DNA of 64,000 nt from a bacterium (GCA_021799485.1 JAJZAK010000003.1:29813-93812); one strand, 5' to 3'; positions 9,459 to 29,486 are shown, counted from the first letter of the stretch. Notes: generated from the letters alone by a model not told the origin. A program made the numbers and translations.

Positions 9459-10670
9459 ATGCGTTATCTATCGGGCGAGATCGAGCGCCTGCTGCGCGAG
9501 GAGCGCAAGATGGCCTTCATCGCCGGACCGCGGCAGGTGGGGAAGACGACGCTCGCCCGCCGCCTCCTGCGAGAGGCCGCTCAGGGCGGCAACTATTTCA
9601 ACTGGGACGTGGAGAGCCACCGCCGGGCGATTCTTGCCCGCCCGGAGGGCTTCTGGGCCGTCGCGCCCGCCGGGCGACGGACGCGCGTGGCCCTCGACGA
9701 AATCCACAAATACCCTCGATGGAAGCGCTTCCTCAAAGGGATCTATGACGCCGCCGGACGGGAGACCGAGATCATCGTCACCGGAAGCGGCCGCTTGGAC
9801 GTCTACCAGCGCGGCGGCGACTCCCTCTTCGGCCGCTACGGTCTTTACCGCCTCCATCCCTTCACGCTGGGGGAGCTTTTGTCTCCGGATGGCGCCGGCG
9901 TCCGCGAGCCCGAGGTCCTCTGGCGCGAGGCGATCGAGCCCGCCGCGCCGGGGACCGCTCGGGCCTTGGCCGATCTGGAGCGCTTCACCGGCTTCCCGGA
10001 GCCGCTTTTCGCGGCGAGCGAGAGCCGGCTGCGCCGCTGGAGGCGCGCCCGGCGCCATTTAATTTTGCGCGAGGACCTGCGGGACCTCACTCGCATCCGC
10101 GACATCGGCCTCGTGGAGTCCCTCGCGGCGCTCCTGCCCGAGCGAGTGGGCTCGCCCCTTTCCCTCAACGCGCTCAGCGAGGACCTGGGAGTCGCCTTCG
10201 GGACCGTCCGGGCGTGGATGGAAACCTTGGCCCGTCTCTATTACGTCTTCGAAATCCGTCCCTACGCGGGCCGCCTGGCGCGGGCGTTGCGGCGGGAGGC
10301 CAAGATTTATTTGTTCGACTATTCCGAGGTTGCCGATCCGGGAGCGCGCTTTGAGAACATGGTCGCCGTCCATCTGCGCAAGCTCGTGGACGCCTGGAAC
10401 GACTGGGGCGTGGGCGATTTCGAGATCCATTACGTGCGGGATAAGGAGAAGCGCGAGGCCGACTTCCTGATCGCCGAGTCGCGCCGCCCATTCCTGCTGA
10501 TCGAGACCAAGCTCTCGGCCCGGGAGCCCTCCTCCTCTCTCCGCTATTTCCACGAGCGCCTCAGGCCCGCTCACGCGGCTCTCCTTTCCCGCGAGGAGCC
10601 CGCGCGCGGGCCGTCGTCGATCGGGGGCATTCGCGCCATCGGTGCGGCGCGGTTCTTGTCGCGCATCTGA
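9459..10670 (+). CDS. AAA+ ATPase, AAA_14 + DUF4143 type
   Basis: Walker A GPRQVGKT, Walker B LDEIH, VTGS, SLFGR, KIYLFD, FENMV, C-terminal EADF..ETK nuclease-like motif. Confidence 0.85.
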   Translation: MRYLSGEIERLLREERKMAFIAGPRQVGKTTLARRLLREAAQGGNYFNWDVESHRRAILARPEGFWAVAPAGRRTRVALDEIHKYPRWKRFLKGIYDAAGRETEIIVTGSGRLDVYQRGGDSLFGRYGLYRLHPFTLGELLSPDGAGVREPEVLWREAIEPAAPGTARALADLERFTGFPEPLFAASESRLRRWRRARRHLILREDLRDLTRIRDIGLVESLAALLPERVGSPLSLNALSEDLGVAFGTVRAWMETLARLYYVFEIRPYAGRLARALRREAKIYLFDYSEVADPGARFENMVAVHLRKLVDAWNDWGVGDFEIHYVRDKEKREADFLIAESRRPFLLIETKLSAREPSSSLRYFHERLRPAHAALLSREEPARGPSSIGGIRAIGAARFLSRI

Positions 10671-10728
10671 CGCCGCGCGCTCTCGAATCCGGCGGCGCCA
10701 AAAATTTTTTTCCGCGGCGAAAAAAAGC

Positions 10729-10758
10729 TTGACAGAAATCGGCCGTTCGTGATATGAT
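10729..10758 (+). promoter_or_regulatory. rRNA operon promoter
   Basis: TTGACA-18 nt-TATGAT with extended -10 TG; A/T tracts upstream resemble an UP element. Confidence 0.8.
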
Positions 10759-10845
10759 GAGCAAAGTTCGCAACCGGAGCCTTGGGGCGCCGGGCAAAAT
10801 AAAAAAGTTATCGTCGGCCTGAAGGAAAGGTCCTGCGGTAGCTTT

Positions 10846-10858
10846 TGCTCTTTGAAAA
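10846..10858 (+). promoter_or_regulatory. rrn leader boxA antitermination site
   Basis: TGCTCTTTGAAAA. Confidence 0.75.
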
Positions 10859-10883
10859 AATTTGCGGGTCAATGGGCGTCCTG
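10858..10883 (+). other. 5' arm of the 16S processing stem (pairs with 12629-12654)
   Basis: AAATTTGCGGGTCAATGGGCGTCCTG is complementary to CGGGACGCCCATTGACTCGCAAATTT, allowing G-U pairs. Confidence 0.8.
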
Positions 10884-11024
10884 ATCCGGGCTCGTAAGGG
10901 TCCGGAAAGGATGAAAGGAAATAACGGTGTGGTGCCGCGCCCTTTATCGGACGCGGCAACGCATTGGTCAAACCAGCCATTTTGGGAGCCGTCCGGCCTC
11001 CTTAAAAAAAGACCGGATACCCTT

Positions 11025-12553
<1,529 letters not shown>

Positions 12554-12663
12554 CGATTTTCGGTCTCACGTCCGGAAATCTGTCGCCCCTTGGGCCACAA
12601 GACCTGGTCGTTTCAGGCTTCTGGTTCGCGGGACGCCCATTGACTCGCAAATTTCCCTCGAGA

Positions 12664-12735
12664 GGGCTCGTAGCTCAGGGGTAGAGCACACGCTTGATAA
12701 GCGTGGGGTCGGAGGTTCGAAACCTCCCGGGCCCA
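12664..12735 (+). tRNA. tRNA-Ile(GAT), CCA not encoded
   Basis: Cloverleaf; anticodon arm CACGC-TTGATAA-GCGTG; T-loop GTTCGAA. Confidence 0.97.
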
Positions 12736-12742
12736 AGTTTTT

Positions 12743-12815
12743 GGGCCCTTAGCTCAGCTGGGAGAGCGCCTGCTTTGCAAGCAGGAGGTCGGCGGTTCGA
12801 TTCCGCCAGGGTCCA
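12743..12815 (+). tRNA. tRNA-Ala(TGC), CCA not encoded
   Basis: Anticodon arm CCTGC-TTTGCAA-GCAGG; G3-U70 identity pair. Confidence 0.97.
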
Positions 12816-12856
12816 TGCGGTTGGAGTGGCCGCGAGAGAGGGTTGGAGCCAATTTT

Positions 12857-12869
12857 GGTTCTTTGACAA
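12857..12869 (+). promoter_or_regulatory. Spacer boxA
   Basis: GGTTCTTTGACAA after tRNA-Ala. Confidence 0.65.
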
Positions 12870-13013
12870 TGATAGCGCAGGCTTTGGATACCGTCGTCCG
12901 ATAAGTCCCTTGGGGGCGCGGCGCCGAATCCGAGGCCAAGAAATCAAGAAGGCCGAGCGTCTTTGGAGCGCAGATCTCCCCATGACCGGGAGATATGCGC
13001 GATGGAAGAATAT

Positions 13014-16026
<3,013 letters not shown>

Positions 16027-16121
16027 GTATTCTTCGATCGAAGAGAAAAGCTCGGTCTTCTTGGAAAGCGTTGGTCAATATCGTATGATATGCTGTTTTG
16101 GCGAAATCTTGGGGTCTCGGC

Positions 16122-16245
16122 AAGGCCGGTGACAATTCCGGCGGGGAAACACCCGTTCCCATTCCGAACACGGCAGTTAAGCCCGCCAGGGCCGATGGTA
16201 CTAGCGCCCAACTCGGCGCTGGGAGAGTAGGTCGTTGCCGGCCTT
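16122..16245 (+). rRNA. rrf: 5S ribosomal RNA
   Basis: CCCATTCCGAAC, GCCGATGGTACT, GGGAGAGTAGG; terminal stem AAGGCCGG/CCGGCCTT. Confidence 0.96.
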
Positions 16246-16286
16246 ACCGAGACCCTGGGGCATCGGGGGCCCGTGGCATCCTGATC

Positions 16287-17069
16287 TTGGGCCTATCCTT
16301 TGGTTGCTCCGCTGGCGCGGGCGCGAAAACGCTCGGGCTGTCGGCGAGGCAGATGCCGGCGGGGTCGTTTCAAATCGTTCCGTACTTCTCCGGGTTTCAG
16401 GATCAAAAGTTGAACTTCGCGGTGACGCAGCCGGCGACGTGCAGCACGCCCAATGGTCTTCCGTTCTCTTGCACGGGGGGCGGGACGGTCGAGGCGAGCG
16501 GGAGCGGGCAGGCCGCCATGGTCAAGGTGGTGGCGCAGCCGTGGGAGGGATTTCAATATTATCTGTCGGCGGGCGCCGGGAGCTTCTCGGTGGCGATTCC
16601 GTCGGTGACGGTCACGAACACTCTCTCCGGCGACAATCCCGGGGTTATCTTCGACGGAGGCTTGCGCGCCGTGGTGGTGCCGGATACGATCGTATCCCCG
16701 GCGGTCGCCGTCGACGCGGGCTTTTCGGGGTCTTGGTATCCGCTGGACCAGATTTCGGGGGCCTCGACGGGCGGCATCGACGATAGGCTGACGATTTTAA
16801 ACGAGCAGGTTGCCGTCGAGACCAGCCATTTGTTTTGTCCCATGGGCGTCGGCGGCTGGAAGTTCGATCCCTACGGCGGCGTCGAATGGGTGCGGTATCA
16901 AACCGATTTGAAGGATCTCTCGGACGGGAGCCATGCGGGAGGCTTGACGGACGTCGTCACGCCTTTCGCCGGCATTCGCATCGGTCCGTATCCGCACGAG
17001 GGTGTTTTTGGCGAGGCTTCCTTCGTGGATGGCTATCATTACGCGGGGGGGCTTTATATCCAGTTTTAG
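16287..17069 (+). CDS. Putative outer-membrane beta-barrel protein; start uncertain
   Basis: Signal-peptide-like RGILILGLSFGCSAGAGA, alternating amphipathic strands (DPYGGV, TPFAGIRI, GEASF), C-terminal GLYIQF; no ATG/GTG ahead of the signal. Confidence 0.65.
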   Translation: MGLSFGCSAGAGAKTLGLSARQMPAGSFQIVPYFSGFQDQKLNFAVTQPATCSTPNGLPFSCTGGGTVEASGSGQAAMVKVVAQPWEGFQYYLSAGAGSFSVAIPSVTVTNTLSGDNPGVIFDGGLRAVVVPDTIVSPAVAVDAGFSGSWYPLDQISGASTGGIDDRLTILNEQVAVETSHLFCPMGVGGWKFDPYGGVEWVRYQTDLKDLSDGSHAGGLTDVVTPFAGIRIGPYPHEGVFGEASFVDGYHYAGGLYIQF

Positions 17070-17095
17070 GGCGAGGCGGTTTGTACGGGAGAGCG

Positions 17096-17638
17096 ATGAA
17101 ATACACGAAAAAAGAAAAGGTCGAAAAGTCAAAAGAGTTGGCCGTGGAGTTTGGGAAGACGGCCAATCTATTCTTCGCGGATTTCCAGGGGCTTAAGTTC
17201 CAGGAGATGGCGGAGTTGCGGAGCAAGGTGGCCCCCATGAAGGGCCGATTCCAAGTGCTCAAAAATACGATGCTCCGCTTCGCGCTTAAGGGCGCCGGCT
17301 TCGAGGGCGCCAAGCCCGACCTTTTTAAGGGACAGACGGCGATGCTGCTTGCGCCGGGGGAGGATCCTATCGCGGCGGCGAAGGTCTTGGCCGCATTCGC
17401 GAAGCAATTTCCGGCGTTCAAGCTTAAGGCTGGCTGGGTCGGCGGTGCGTGGCTGGGGGCGGAGGATGTCAAGAAGCTTTCGGCCCTGGCGACCAAACCC
17501 GAGCTGCTCACGAAGCTCGCCTCCGTCCTGTACGGCGCCATGTCGAATATGGCGGCGGTCCTGGCGGCGCCGGCGAGAGATTTGGCCATGACGTTGAAGG
17601 CGTTGGAGGCCGAGCGGAGCAAGGCTCAGGCCGGCTGA
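17096..17638 (+). CDS. rplJ: 50S ribosomal protein L10
   Basis: KKEKV, DFQGL..MAELR, VLKNTM, LSALATKPELL; precedes rplL. Confidence 0.95.
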   Translation: MKYTKKEKVEKSKELAVEFGKTANLFFADFQGLKFQEMAELRSKVAPMKGRFQVLKNTMLRFALKGAGFEGAKPDLFKGQTAMLLAPGEDPIAAAKVLAAFAKQFPAFKLKAGWVGGAWLGAEDVKKLSALATKPELLTKLASVLYGAMSNMAAVLAAPARDLAMTLKALEAERSKAQAG

Positions 17639-17643
17639 GGGGA

Positions 17644-17667
17644 CGTCGCGGGCCTTGGCCCGCGACG
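17644..17667 (+). other. Stable hairpin between rplJ and rplL
   Basis: CGTCGCGGGC-CTTG-GCCCGCGACG; no U-tract. Confidence 0.7.
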
Positions 17668-17699
17668 AAGGCGATTAGACGATATTAAAGGAGGAAACA

Positions 17700-18101
17700 A
17701 TGGCGACTGCGACGAAGATGGGCAAGGAAGAAATCCTGGACGGAATCGCGAATTTGACGGTCTTGGAACTCTCGGAGCTGGTCAAGGCCATTGAGGAGAA
17801 GTTCGGCGTGAAGGCGGCTCCGGTCGCCGTTGCGGGAGCCGTTGCGGCCGCGGCGGCCCCCGCCGCCGGTGGCGCCGCCGCCGAGGAGAAGACGGAGTTC
17901 TCCGTCGTCTTGACGGGCGCCGGGGATAAGAAGATTCAGGTCATTAAGGTCGTGCGCGAGCTGACCGGTCTTGGCCTTAAGGAGGCCAAGGACCTTGTCG
18001 AGGCCGCCCCCAAGCCCGTCAAGGAAGGCGTGGCGAAGGCCCAGGCGGAGGAAATGAAGAAAAAACTGGTGGAGTCGGGGGCGACTGTTGAATTGCGCTG
18101 A
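17700..18101 (+). CDS. rplL: 50S ribosomal protein L7/L12
   Basis: [29 protein letters not shown]; AAGGAGG RBS. Confidence 0.98.
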   Translation: MATATKMGKEEILDGIANLTVLELSELVKAIEEKFGVKAAPVAVAGAVAAAAAPAAGGAAAEEKTEFSVVLTGAGDKKIQVIKVVRELTGLGLKEAKDLVEAAPKPVKEGVAKAQAEEMKKKLVESGATVELR

Positions 18102-18127
18102 TCGGGCCAGATAGCCCAGGATCCCGC

Positions 18128-21100
18128 ATGGATAATACGCGCGCGAACAGCAAGGTCTCATTCGGACGGATACCGCAGGCGCTCGATCTGCCGGACATGC
18201 TCGCGATGCCGAAGGACTCCTTCAGGGAGTTCCTTCAGGAGGGCCGGTCCGTCGAGGAAAGAGAGGCCGTGGGCTTGCAGGCGGCCTTCGAGGATATTTT
18301 CCCGATCGAGTCCGCGGACGGAAGTCTTGTGCTGGAATTCGTGCGCTATGAACTCGCGGAACCGCGCTATAGCGGCCCCGAGGAAGCCCGCTTTCACGAC
18401 GCCACCTATGCGCGCTCGTTGAAGGGCATTTTCCGGCTTTCGTCGCGCCAGCCGTCGGGAAAGCTCAAGGAGATTCTGGAGCAGGAGGTCGTTCTTTGCG
18501 AACTGCCGATCATGACGGAGAATGCCTCCTTCATCATCAACGGGGCGGAGCGCGTGATCGTCAGCCAGCTTCATCGTTCCCCCGGCATCATCTTCGAGGA
18601 GGACGACGAGAAAAAGATATCCGCCCTCGGCAAGAAGCTCTTTTTCGCGCGCGTCATCCCTTACCGGGGGGCCTGGCTCGAGTTCGAGTTCGACCTCAAC
18701 AACATCCTTTACGCCAAGATCGACCGGAAGAAGAAGGTGGAGGTCACGACGCTTTTGCGCGCGTGCGGCATCGAATCCGATGCGGACATCCTGAAGATTT
18801 TCTATCCCTATGAGGAGGTTCCCGTCACCGAACAGTCCGTGCTTGCGATGCACCACCGCATCGCGGCCGAGGATGCCGTGGACAAGGCGACGGGAGAGAT
18901 TTTGCTCGAGGCGGGCAAGAAGGTCGCCCATGAGGCGGTCAAGAAGCTCCTTGAGCGCAAAATCCCTTCCATCAAGCTTTTGCGCGGCGACCCCGAGAAG
19001 GACGATCCGGCGATCATCGAGACTCTTCGTAAGGACAAGATCAAGACCGTCAAGGAAGCCCAGCAGGACATTTATAAGAAGCTGCGGGGCCAGGAGTTCG
19101 TGGTCCCCGGCCAGGCCGAGGCCTATCTCGACTATCTTTTCTTCCGCAACCCGCACCGCTACGATTTGAGCCGCGTGGGCCGTCATAAGATCGCCGTCAA
19201 ACTCCACCGCTTCCTTTGGGCCCTTGCCGCGCGGCGCGATGTGGCTCCAAGGCCGGAGGGGCGGCGGCATAAGTATTTCGCGTTGCCGTCGTTTTCCCGC
19301 AGGACGCTCTCCCTTGAGGATGTCGTCGCGACGATCCAGCATCTCGTCGCTTTAAACCGCGGCGCGACGCATCTCGTCGAGGGCGAGGCGAAGACGTTCG
19401 GAGCTCCCGTGATGCGCGTCGACGGCGCCTACGAGGGATTGGCCGAATACCGCAAGAGCTTCGAGCCGGGGTCGGCCCGCGTGGAGACGGAATCGGCTTC
19501 GGAGTTGGCTGTGATCGACCTCTATGAGGCTGGCGGAGGCGACGAGGGGCGGACGGCCAAGGAGGATCTGCGCCGGGATCGTTTCTCCATGGTCAAGTGG
19601 GGCGACGCCCTGCGCGAGTGGCAGGCGGCCGTGCCGCGGCTCTTGGACAAGCACTTCCCGGTGGCGCTTGACGACATCGACCACCTGGGCAACCGGCGCG
19701 TGCGCGGCGTGGGGGAGCTCCTTGAAAATCAGATCCGCGCCGCCCTCTCCCAGATGTCCCGTGTCATTAGAGACCGGATGAGCTTGCAGGACCGCTCGAT
19801 GCTGACGCCGCGCTCCCTTATTAACGCGGCTCCTCTCGTGGCGATCGTCCGGAAGTTCTTCGGCACCTCCCAGCTTTCTCAATTCATGGACCAGATCAAC
19901 CCTCTGGCCGAGGTGACGCATAAGCGCCGACTCTCCGCTCTTGGGCCCGGAGGCCTGCACCGCAAGCACGCGGGCTTCGAGGTCCGCGACGTGCATTACA
20001 CGCATTACGGCCGCATCTGCCCCATTGAGACGCCGGAGGGCCCGAATATCGGACTTATCACCTCGCTCGCGAGCTATGCGCGCATCAACGAATTCGGCCT
20101 TATCGAGTCTCCTTATCGCAAGGTCAAGGACGGCAGGATCACGGGCGATGTGGAGTACCTGGTCGCCGACGCGGAGAGCGAGAAGATCGTGGCGCAGGCC
20201 AACACTCCCGTCGAAAAAGGACGGATCTCTTCCGATTTCGTCGCCTGCCGTTCCCGCGGCGACTTCCCGACCGTCGATCCCGCGCGGGTCGACTACATGG
20301 ATATCTCTCCCATGCAGGTCGTCTCCGTGTCCGCGGGGCTCATCCCGTTTCTTGAGCATGACGACGCCAACCGCGCCCTCATGGGATCGAATATGCAGCG
20401 CCAGGCGGTGCCTCTCCTCCTGGCTCAGCCTCCTCTCGTCGGGACCGGCATCGAGGGGGCCGTCGCCAAGGATTCCGGCGCCTGCATTCGCGCCCGACGT
20501 CCCGGCCGGGTGCTCTACGCCTCGGGCGAGATGGTCGCCGTTTACGCGGACGACCGTTCCGGCGCGGATCCCACCGATCTTTACTTCCTGCGCAAATACG
20601 AGCGCTCCAACCAAGACACCTGCGTCAACCAGACGCCGCTGGTGCGCGGCGGGGATCTTGTGCGCGCGGGGGATGTCCTTGCCGACGGCCCGGCGACCTC
20701 CGGCGGGGAGTTGGCTCTCGGCTACAACCTTCTCGTGGCCTTCATGCCGTGGGAAGGTTATAACTTCGAGGACGCGATCTTGGTTTCCGAAAGACTCGTC
20801 CAGGACGACGTCTTCACGTCGATCCATATTTCCGAGTTTGAGTGCGAGGCCCGGGAGACCAAGCTCGGTCCCGAGGAAATCACCCGCGATATCCCCAACG
20901 TGGGCACGGAGGCTCTGGAGTCCCTCGACGAGTGGGGGATCGTCGTCCCCTCGACGACGGTGCGGCAGGGAGACGTCCTTGTCGGCAAGGTGGCGCCCAA
21001 GGGAGAGCAGCAGCTGAGCCCCGAGGAAAGGCTTTTGAAGGTCATCTTCGGCAAGAAGGCGGAGGACGTCCAGGACGCGTCGTTGCGCGTGCCTCCGGGC

Positions 21101-22243
21101 GTCTCCGGGAAGGTCATAGGCCGCCGGATTTTCGTGCGCCGCGAGAAGATCGAGAAGACCGAGGAAAAGCGCCGTCTCGATGAGATCGCCCGCAAACTCG
21201 AGGAAGATTTGGAGACGGTGCGTCGCTTCGTGCAGGAATCGAAGGCCGCGCCGCGCGAGGGCGGATCGAAGGCCAAGGACGAGGAGCGCATCGCGGCTCT
21301 CGCCAAGGTTCTTGAAAAGCGTCTCAGGGACGAGGCCGCGAAGGCCAAGGAGAATTTGAAGTCCGGCGACGAGCTTGCGATTACCGTCAATAAGGTCGTG
21401 AAGGTTTATGTCGCCTCGCGCCGCAAGCTGCAGGTCGGCGACAAGCTCGCCGGCCGCCACGGCAACAAAGGCGTCGTCTCGAAGATCCTGCCGGTCGAGG
21501 ACATGCCGTGCATGCCGGACGGCACGCCCGTGGATGTCGTCCTGTCCCCCCTGGGAGTCCCTTCGCGCATGAACGTCGGGCAGCTTTTGGAGACGATGCT
21601 CGGCTGGGCCGCCCATACCCTGGGCGTGCAGATGGTCAACCCCGTCTTTGACGGGGCCACCGAGGCGGAGATTCATGAGCATGTCCGCAAGGCCAAGGAG
21701 GTTCTGCGCAAGCGGGGCGTTCCTGAGAAATACCTTCCGACGGACGACTGCCGCATCGCGCTTTTTGACGGGCGCACGGGAGAGCCTTTCCAGGAAAAAG
21801 TTTCCTTCGGCTACATGTACGTCATGAAGCTCAATCACCTGGTCGAGGACAAGATTCACGCTCGTTCCACGGGACCCTACGCCCTCATCACGCGCCAACC
21901 CCTGGGCGGCAAGGCCCAGTTCGGGGGCCAGCGTTTTGGAGAGATGGAAGTCTGGGCCATCGAGGGCTATGGCGCCGCCGCGGCGCTCCAAGAATTCTTG
22001 ACCGTGAAATCCGACGATGTGACCGGGCGCACCAAGATGTACGAGGCCATCATCAAGAGCGACCCGCCGGCCGAGCCGGGAGTCCCGGAATCCTTCAAGG
22101 TTCTCGTCAAGGAGCTTCAGGCCCTGGGCCTCAACGTCGATCTTTTGAAGCTGGGCCATGAAAATGGATCGGAAGGCGCCGCCGCCAACGGGACGCACGC
22201 GGCTACGAAAAAGCGGGCGGCCGCCAAGGCGGGCAAGGAATAA
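18128..22243 (+). CDS. rpoB: RNA polymerase beta subunit
   Basis: [56 protein letters not shown]. Confidence 0.99.
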   Translation: MDNTRANSKVSFGRIPQALDLPDMLAMPKDSFREFLQEGRSVEEREAVGLQAAFEDIFPIESADGSLVLEFVRYELAEPRYSGPEEARFHDATYARSLKGIFRLSSRQPSGKLKEILEQEVVLCELPIMTENASFIINGAERVIVSQLHRSPGIIFEEDDEKKISALGKKLFFARVIPYRGAWLEFEFDLNNILYAKIDRKKKVEVTTLLRACGIESDADILKIFYPYEEVPVTEQSVLAMHHRIAAEDAVDKATGEILLEAGKKVAHEAVKKLLERKIPSIKLLRGDPEKDDPAIIETLRKDKIKTVKEAQQDIYKKLRGQEFVVPGQAEAYLDYLFFRNPHRYDLSRVGRHKIAVKLHRFLWALAARRDVAPRPEGRRHKYFALPSFSRRTLSLEDVVATIQHLVALNRGATHLVEGEAKTFGAPVMRVDGAYEGLAEYRKSFEPGSARVETESASELAVIDLYEAGGGDEGRTAKEDLRRDRFSMVKWGDALREWQAAVPRLLDKHFPVALDDIDHLGNRRVRGVGELLENQIRAALSQMSRVIRDRMSLQDRSMLTPRSLINAAPLVAIVRKFFGTSQLSQFMDQINPLAEVTHKRRLSALGPGGLHRKHAGFEVRDVHYTHYGRICPIETPEGPNIGLITSLASYARINEFGLIESPYRKVKDGRITGDVEYLVADAESEKIVAQANTPVEKGRISSDFVACRSRGDFPTVDPARVDYMDISPMQVVSVSAGLIPFLEHDDANRALMGSNMQRQAVPLLLAQPPLVGTGIEGAVAKDSGACIRARRPGRVLYASGEMVAVYADDRSGADPTDLYFLRKYERSNQDTCVNQTPLVRGGDLVRAGDVLADGPATSGGELALGYNLLVAFMPWEGYNFEDAILVSERLVQDDVFTSIHISEFECEARETKLGPEEITRDIPNVGTEALESLDEWGIVVPSTTVRQGDVLVGKVAPKGEQQLSPEERLLKVIFGKKAEDVQDASLRVPPGVSGKVIGRRIFVRREKIEKTEEKRRLDEIARKLEEDLETVRRFVQESKAAPREGGSKAKDEERIAALAKVLEKRLRDEAAKAKENLKSGDELAITVNKVVKVYVASRRKLQVGDKLAGRHGNKGVVSKILPVEDMPCMPDGTPVDVVLSPLGVPSRMNVGQLLETMLGWAAHTLGVQMVNPVFDGATEAEIHEHVRKAKEVLRKRGVPEKYLPTDDCRIALFDGRTGEPFQEKVSFGYMYVMKLNHLVEDKIHARSTGPYALITRQPLGGKAQFGGQRFGEMEVWAIEGYGAAAALQEFLTVKSDDVTGRTKMYEAIIKSDPPAEPGVPESFKVLVKELQALGLNVDLLKLGHENGSEGAAANGTHAATKKRAAAKAGKE

Positions 22244-22245
22244 CC

Positions 22246-26479
<4,234 letters not shown>

Positions 26480-26493
<14 letters not shown>

Positions 26494-26869
26494 TCAGCTT
26501 ATTCGGCGCGGGCGCATTCGCTCGCGAGGGCGTACCAAGGCTCCGGCCTTGAGGGCGTGCCCTCAAAGGCGAGGCGTGTGCACCCGCGTCTCGACGACGA
26601 CGCCCAAGAAGCCGAATTCGGCTCTGCGCAAAATCGCGCGCGTCAAGCTTACGACCGGGACCGAGGTCACGGCCTATATTCCCGGCGTGGGGCACAATCT
26701 TCAGGAGCACTCGATCGTCTTGATTCGCGGGGGCCGCGTGAAGGACCTTCCTGGCGTCCGCTATCATATGATCCGGGGTGTTTTGGACGCCTCCGGCGTC
26801 GAGGGCCGGCGACAGGGGCGCTCCCTCTATGGAGCCAAGCGGCCCAAGGAGGCCGCGAAGGCGGAGTGA
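26480..26869 (+). CDS. rpsL: 30S ribosomal protein S12
   Basis: [26 protein letters not shown]. Confidence 0.99.
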
Positions 26870-26899
26870 CGATGCCGAGAATCAACGGAGGAAGCAATC

Positions 26900-27379
26900 A
26901 TGCCGCGTAGGGGATTAAGGCCGAGGGAGCGCCGGGGTTTTCCGGCAGCCGACTTTAAATACCAGTCCCAGCTGGTGTCGCGCTTCATTAATAAGATCAA
27001 TTTCCAAGGCAAAAAGTCGACGGCCGAGCGGGTGGTCTACGACGCCATGGCGATGGTCGGCGAAAAGTCGGGGCAGGAGCCGCTCGCCGTCTTTACCCAG
27101 GCGATAGAGAATGTCCGGCCTCTGCTCGAGGTCAAGGCCCGCCGAGTCGGCGGCGCGACCTACCAGGTCCCCATGGAAGTCCGCCAGGACCGATCGACGA
27201 CGCTGGCCATGCGCTGGCTCATCGGCGCGGCCCGCGAGAAGGCTGGGCGGCCGATGGCGCAGCGGCTCGCCGAGGAGCTTCTCGCCGCTTTTAAAAAGGA
27301 AGGAACCGCGTTTAAGAAGCGCGAGGATACCCATAAAATGGCCGAGGCCAACCGGGCCTTCGCCCATTACCGGTGGTAA
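26900..27379 (+). CDS. rpsG: 30S ribosomal protein S7
   Basis: [26 protein letters not shown]. Confidence 0.99.
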   Translation: MPRRGLRPRERRGFPAADFKYQSQLVSRFINKINFQGKKSTAERVVYDAMAMVGEKSGQEPLAVFTQAIENVRPLLEVKARRVGGATYQVPMEVRQDRSTTLAMRWLIGAAREKAGRPMAQRLAEELLAAFKKEGTAFKKREDTHKMAEANRAFAHYRW

Positions 27380-27386
27380 ATCCCTG

Positions 27387-29486
27387 ATGCCGAGAGAATA
27401 TCCCCTGGAGAAGGTGCGCAATATCGGCATCATCGCGCACATCGACGCCGGCAAGACGACCACCACGGAGCGCATCCTTTATTACACGGGACGCATCCAC
27501 AAGATCGGCGAGGTGCACGAGGGCTCGACGACCACCGACTGGATGCCCCAGGAGCGCGAGCGCGGCATCACCATCACCGCCGCCGCGACCTACTGCAAGT
27601 GGCGTGACTGCCAGATCAACATTATCGATACCCCGGGACATGTGGACTTCACCGCGGAGGTCGAGCGCAGTCTGCGCGTGCTTGACGGAGCCGTCGTCGT
27701 CTTCGACGGGGTTCAGGGGGTCGAGCCGCAGTCCGAGACCGTCTGGCGCCAGGCGGACAAGTATCATGTTCCTCGCGTCGCCTACATCAATAAGATGGAC
27801 CGAATCGGCGCCGATTTCTATATGTCGTACCAGTCCATCATCAAGATGCTGGGCGCCAACGCCTGCCCGATCCAGCTCCCCATCGGGGCCGAGGCGGGCT
27901 TCAAGGGGCTTGTCGATCTCATCGAGATGAAAGCCTTGATCTGGCTCGGCGAGGAACTGGGCGCCAAGTGGGAGGTTGTCGATATTCCCGCCGACATGCT
28001 CGACAGGGCGCGCGAATACCGCGAGAAGATGATCGAGAAGGCGGTGGAGTTCGACGACGCGGCGATGGAGCGCTACCTTGACGGCCAGCATGATTTTAAA
28101 GCCGAGGACATCCGACGCATGTTGCGCAAGGGAGTCCTCGCCTCGAAGATTTTCCCGGTCCTCTGCGGGTCTTCCTATAAGAACAAGGGCGTCCAGCCGA
28201 TGCTCGACGCGGTGTGCGACTATCTGCCCTCGCCCAAGGACCTGTTGCCGGTCAAGGGGACGGACCCCGTGACCGACGCCCCGGCCGAACGACCCGCCGC
28301 AGACGACGCGCCGTTCTCCGCGCTGGTTTTTAAGATTCAAACCGACCCTTACGTAGGCAAGCTTGCCTTCTTTCGCGTCTATTCGGGCGCCTTTAAGGCG
28401 GGAGAGACCGTCTTTTTTCCCGCCAAGAGGACGGCGGAGCGTGTCGGCCGGCTTCTGCGCATGCACGCCAATACGCGCGAGGAGATCAAGGAAGTGCGCG
28501 CGGGCGACATCGCGGCGACGGTCGCGATGAAGAACGTCGCGGTCGGCGCGACCATGTCGTCCGAGGAGAAGCCCATCATTCTCGAGCAGATCGTCTTTCC
28601 GACTCCCGTCATCTCCGTCGCGATCGAGCCCAAGTCGAAAGCCGACGAGGAAAAGATGTCCGTCGCCCTTGGACGGCTCGCCGAGGAGGATCAGACCTTC
28701 CGCGTCAAGGTGGATCATGAGACGGGGCAGACCATCATTTCCGGCATGGGCGAGCTCCACCTCGACATCATCGTCGACCGCATGAAAAGAGAATTCAACG
28801 TCCAGGCCAATGTCGGGAACCCCCAGGTGGCTTACCGCGAGACGGTGCGCCGCAAGGTGACGGAGGAGGGCAAGTTCATCCGTCAGTCGGGCGGCCGCGG
28901 CCAGTACGGCCATTGCATTCTCAATATCGAGCCCGTGGAGACGGGCAAGGGATTCGAATTCGTCAACGAGATCAAGCAGGGCCGCATTCCCCGGGAGTTC
29001 ATACCGGCCGTGGAGAAGGGGGTGCGCGAGGCGCTCGACGGCGGAGCGCTGGCCGGCTATCCCATCGTCGACGTCAAGGTGACCCTCGTCGACGGCTCCT
29101 TCCATGAGGTCGACTCCTCGGAAATGGCCTTCAAGATCGCCGGCGCCATGGCCCTGCGCTCGGGCTGCAAGAAGGCCAACCCGACCATTCTCGAGCCTAT
29201 CATGAAGTTCGAGGTCATTACGCCCGAGCAATACATGGGAGACATCATCGGGGATTTGAACAGCCGCCGCGCGCGCGTCCAGGACATGGGCGACCGCGGC
29301 CATCTGAAGTTCGTGCGAGCCACCGTGCCGCTGGGCGAGATGTTCGGCTACGCGACGATCGTGCGCTCCATCTCGCAGGGGCGGGCCTCTTTCAGCATGG
29401 AGCCCAGCCACTACGAGGAAGTGCCGTCCAATATTTTGAGGGTGATCGTCGAAAAGAACGCCGCCTTGATGGCGGCGCAGAGATAG
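27387..29486 (+). CDS. fusA: Elongation factor G
   Basis: [34 protein letters not shown]. Confidence 0.99.
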   Translation: MPREYPLEKVRNIGIIAHIDAGKTTTTERILYYTGRIHKIGEVHEGSTTTDWMPQERERGITITAAATYCKWRDCQINIIDTPGHVDFTAEVERSLRVLDGAVVVFDGVQGVEPQSETVWRQADKYHVPRVAYINKMDRIGADFYMSYQSIIKMLGANACPIQLPIGAEAGFKGLVDLIEMKALIWLGEELGAKWEVVDIPADMLDRAREYREKMIEKAVEFDDAAMERYLDGQHDFKAEDIRRMLRKGVLASKIFPVLCGSSYKNKGVQPMLDAVCDYLPSPKDLLPVKGTDPVTDAPAERPAADDAPFSALVFKIQTDPYVGKLAFFRVYSGAFKAGETVFFPAKRTAERVGRLLRMHANTREEIKEVRAGDIAATVAMKNVAVGATMSSEEKPIILEQIVFPTPVISVAIEPKSKADEEKMSVALGRLAEEDQTFRVKVDHETGQTIISGMGELHLDIIVDRMKREFNVQANVGNPQVAYRETVRRKVTEEGKFIRQSGGRGQYGHCILNIEPVETGKGFEFVNEIKQGRIPREFIPAVEKGVREALDGGALAGYPIVDVKVTLVDGSFHEVDSSEMAFKIAGAMALRSGCKKANPTILEPIMKFEVITPEQYMGDIIGDLNSRRARVQDMGDRGHLKFVRATVPLGEMFGYATIVRSISQGRASFSMEPSHYEEVPSNILRVIVEKNAALMAAQR

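Noticed and set aside
19361-19669. Intein in RpoB
   Set aside because: No N-terminal Cys/Ser block or His-Asn plus Cys/Ser/Thr end, and no endonuclease motifs
19860-19960. Rifampicin-resistance substitutions
   Set aside because: Q513, D516, H526 and S531 equivalents are wild type ([20 protein letters not shown])
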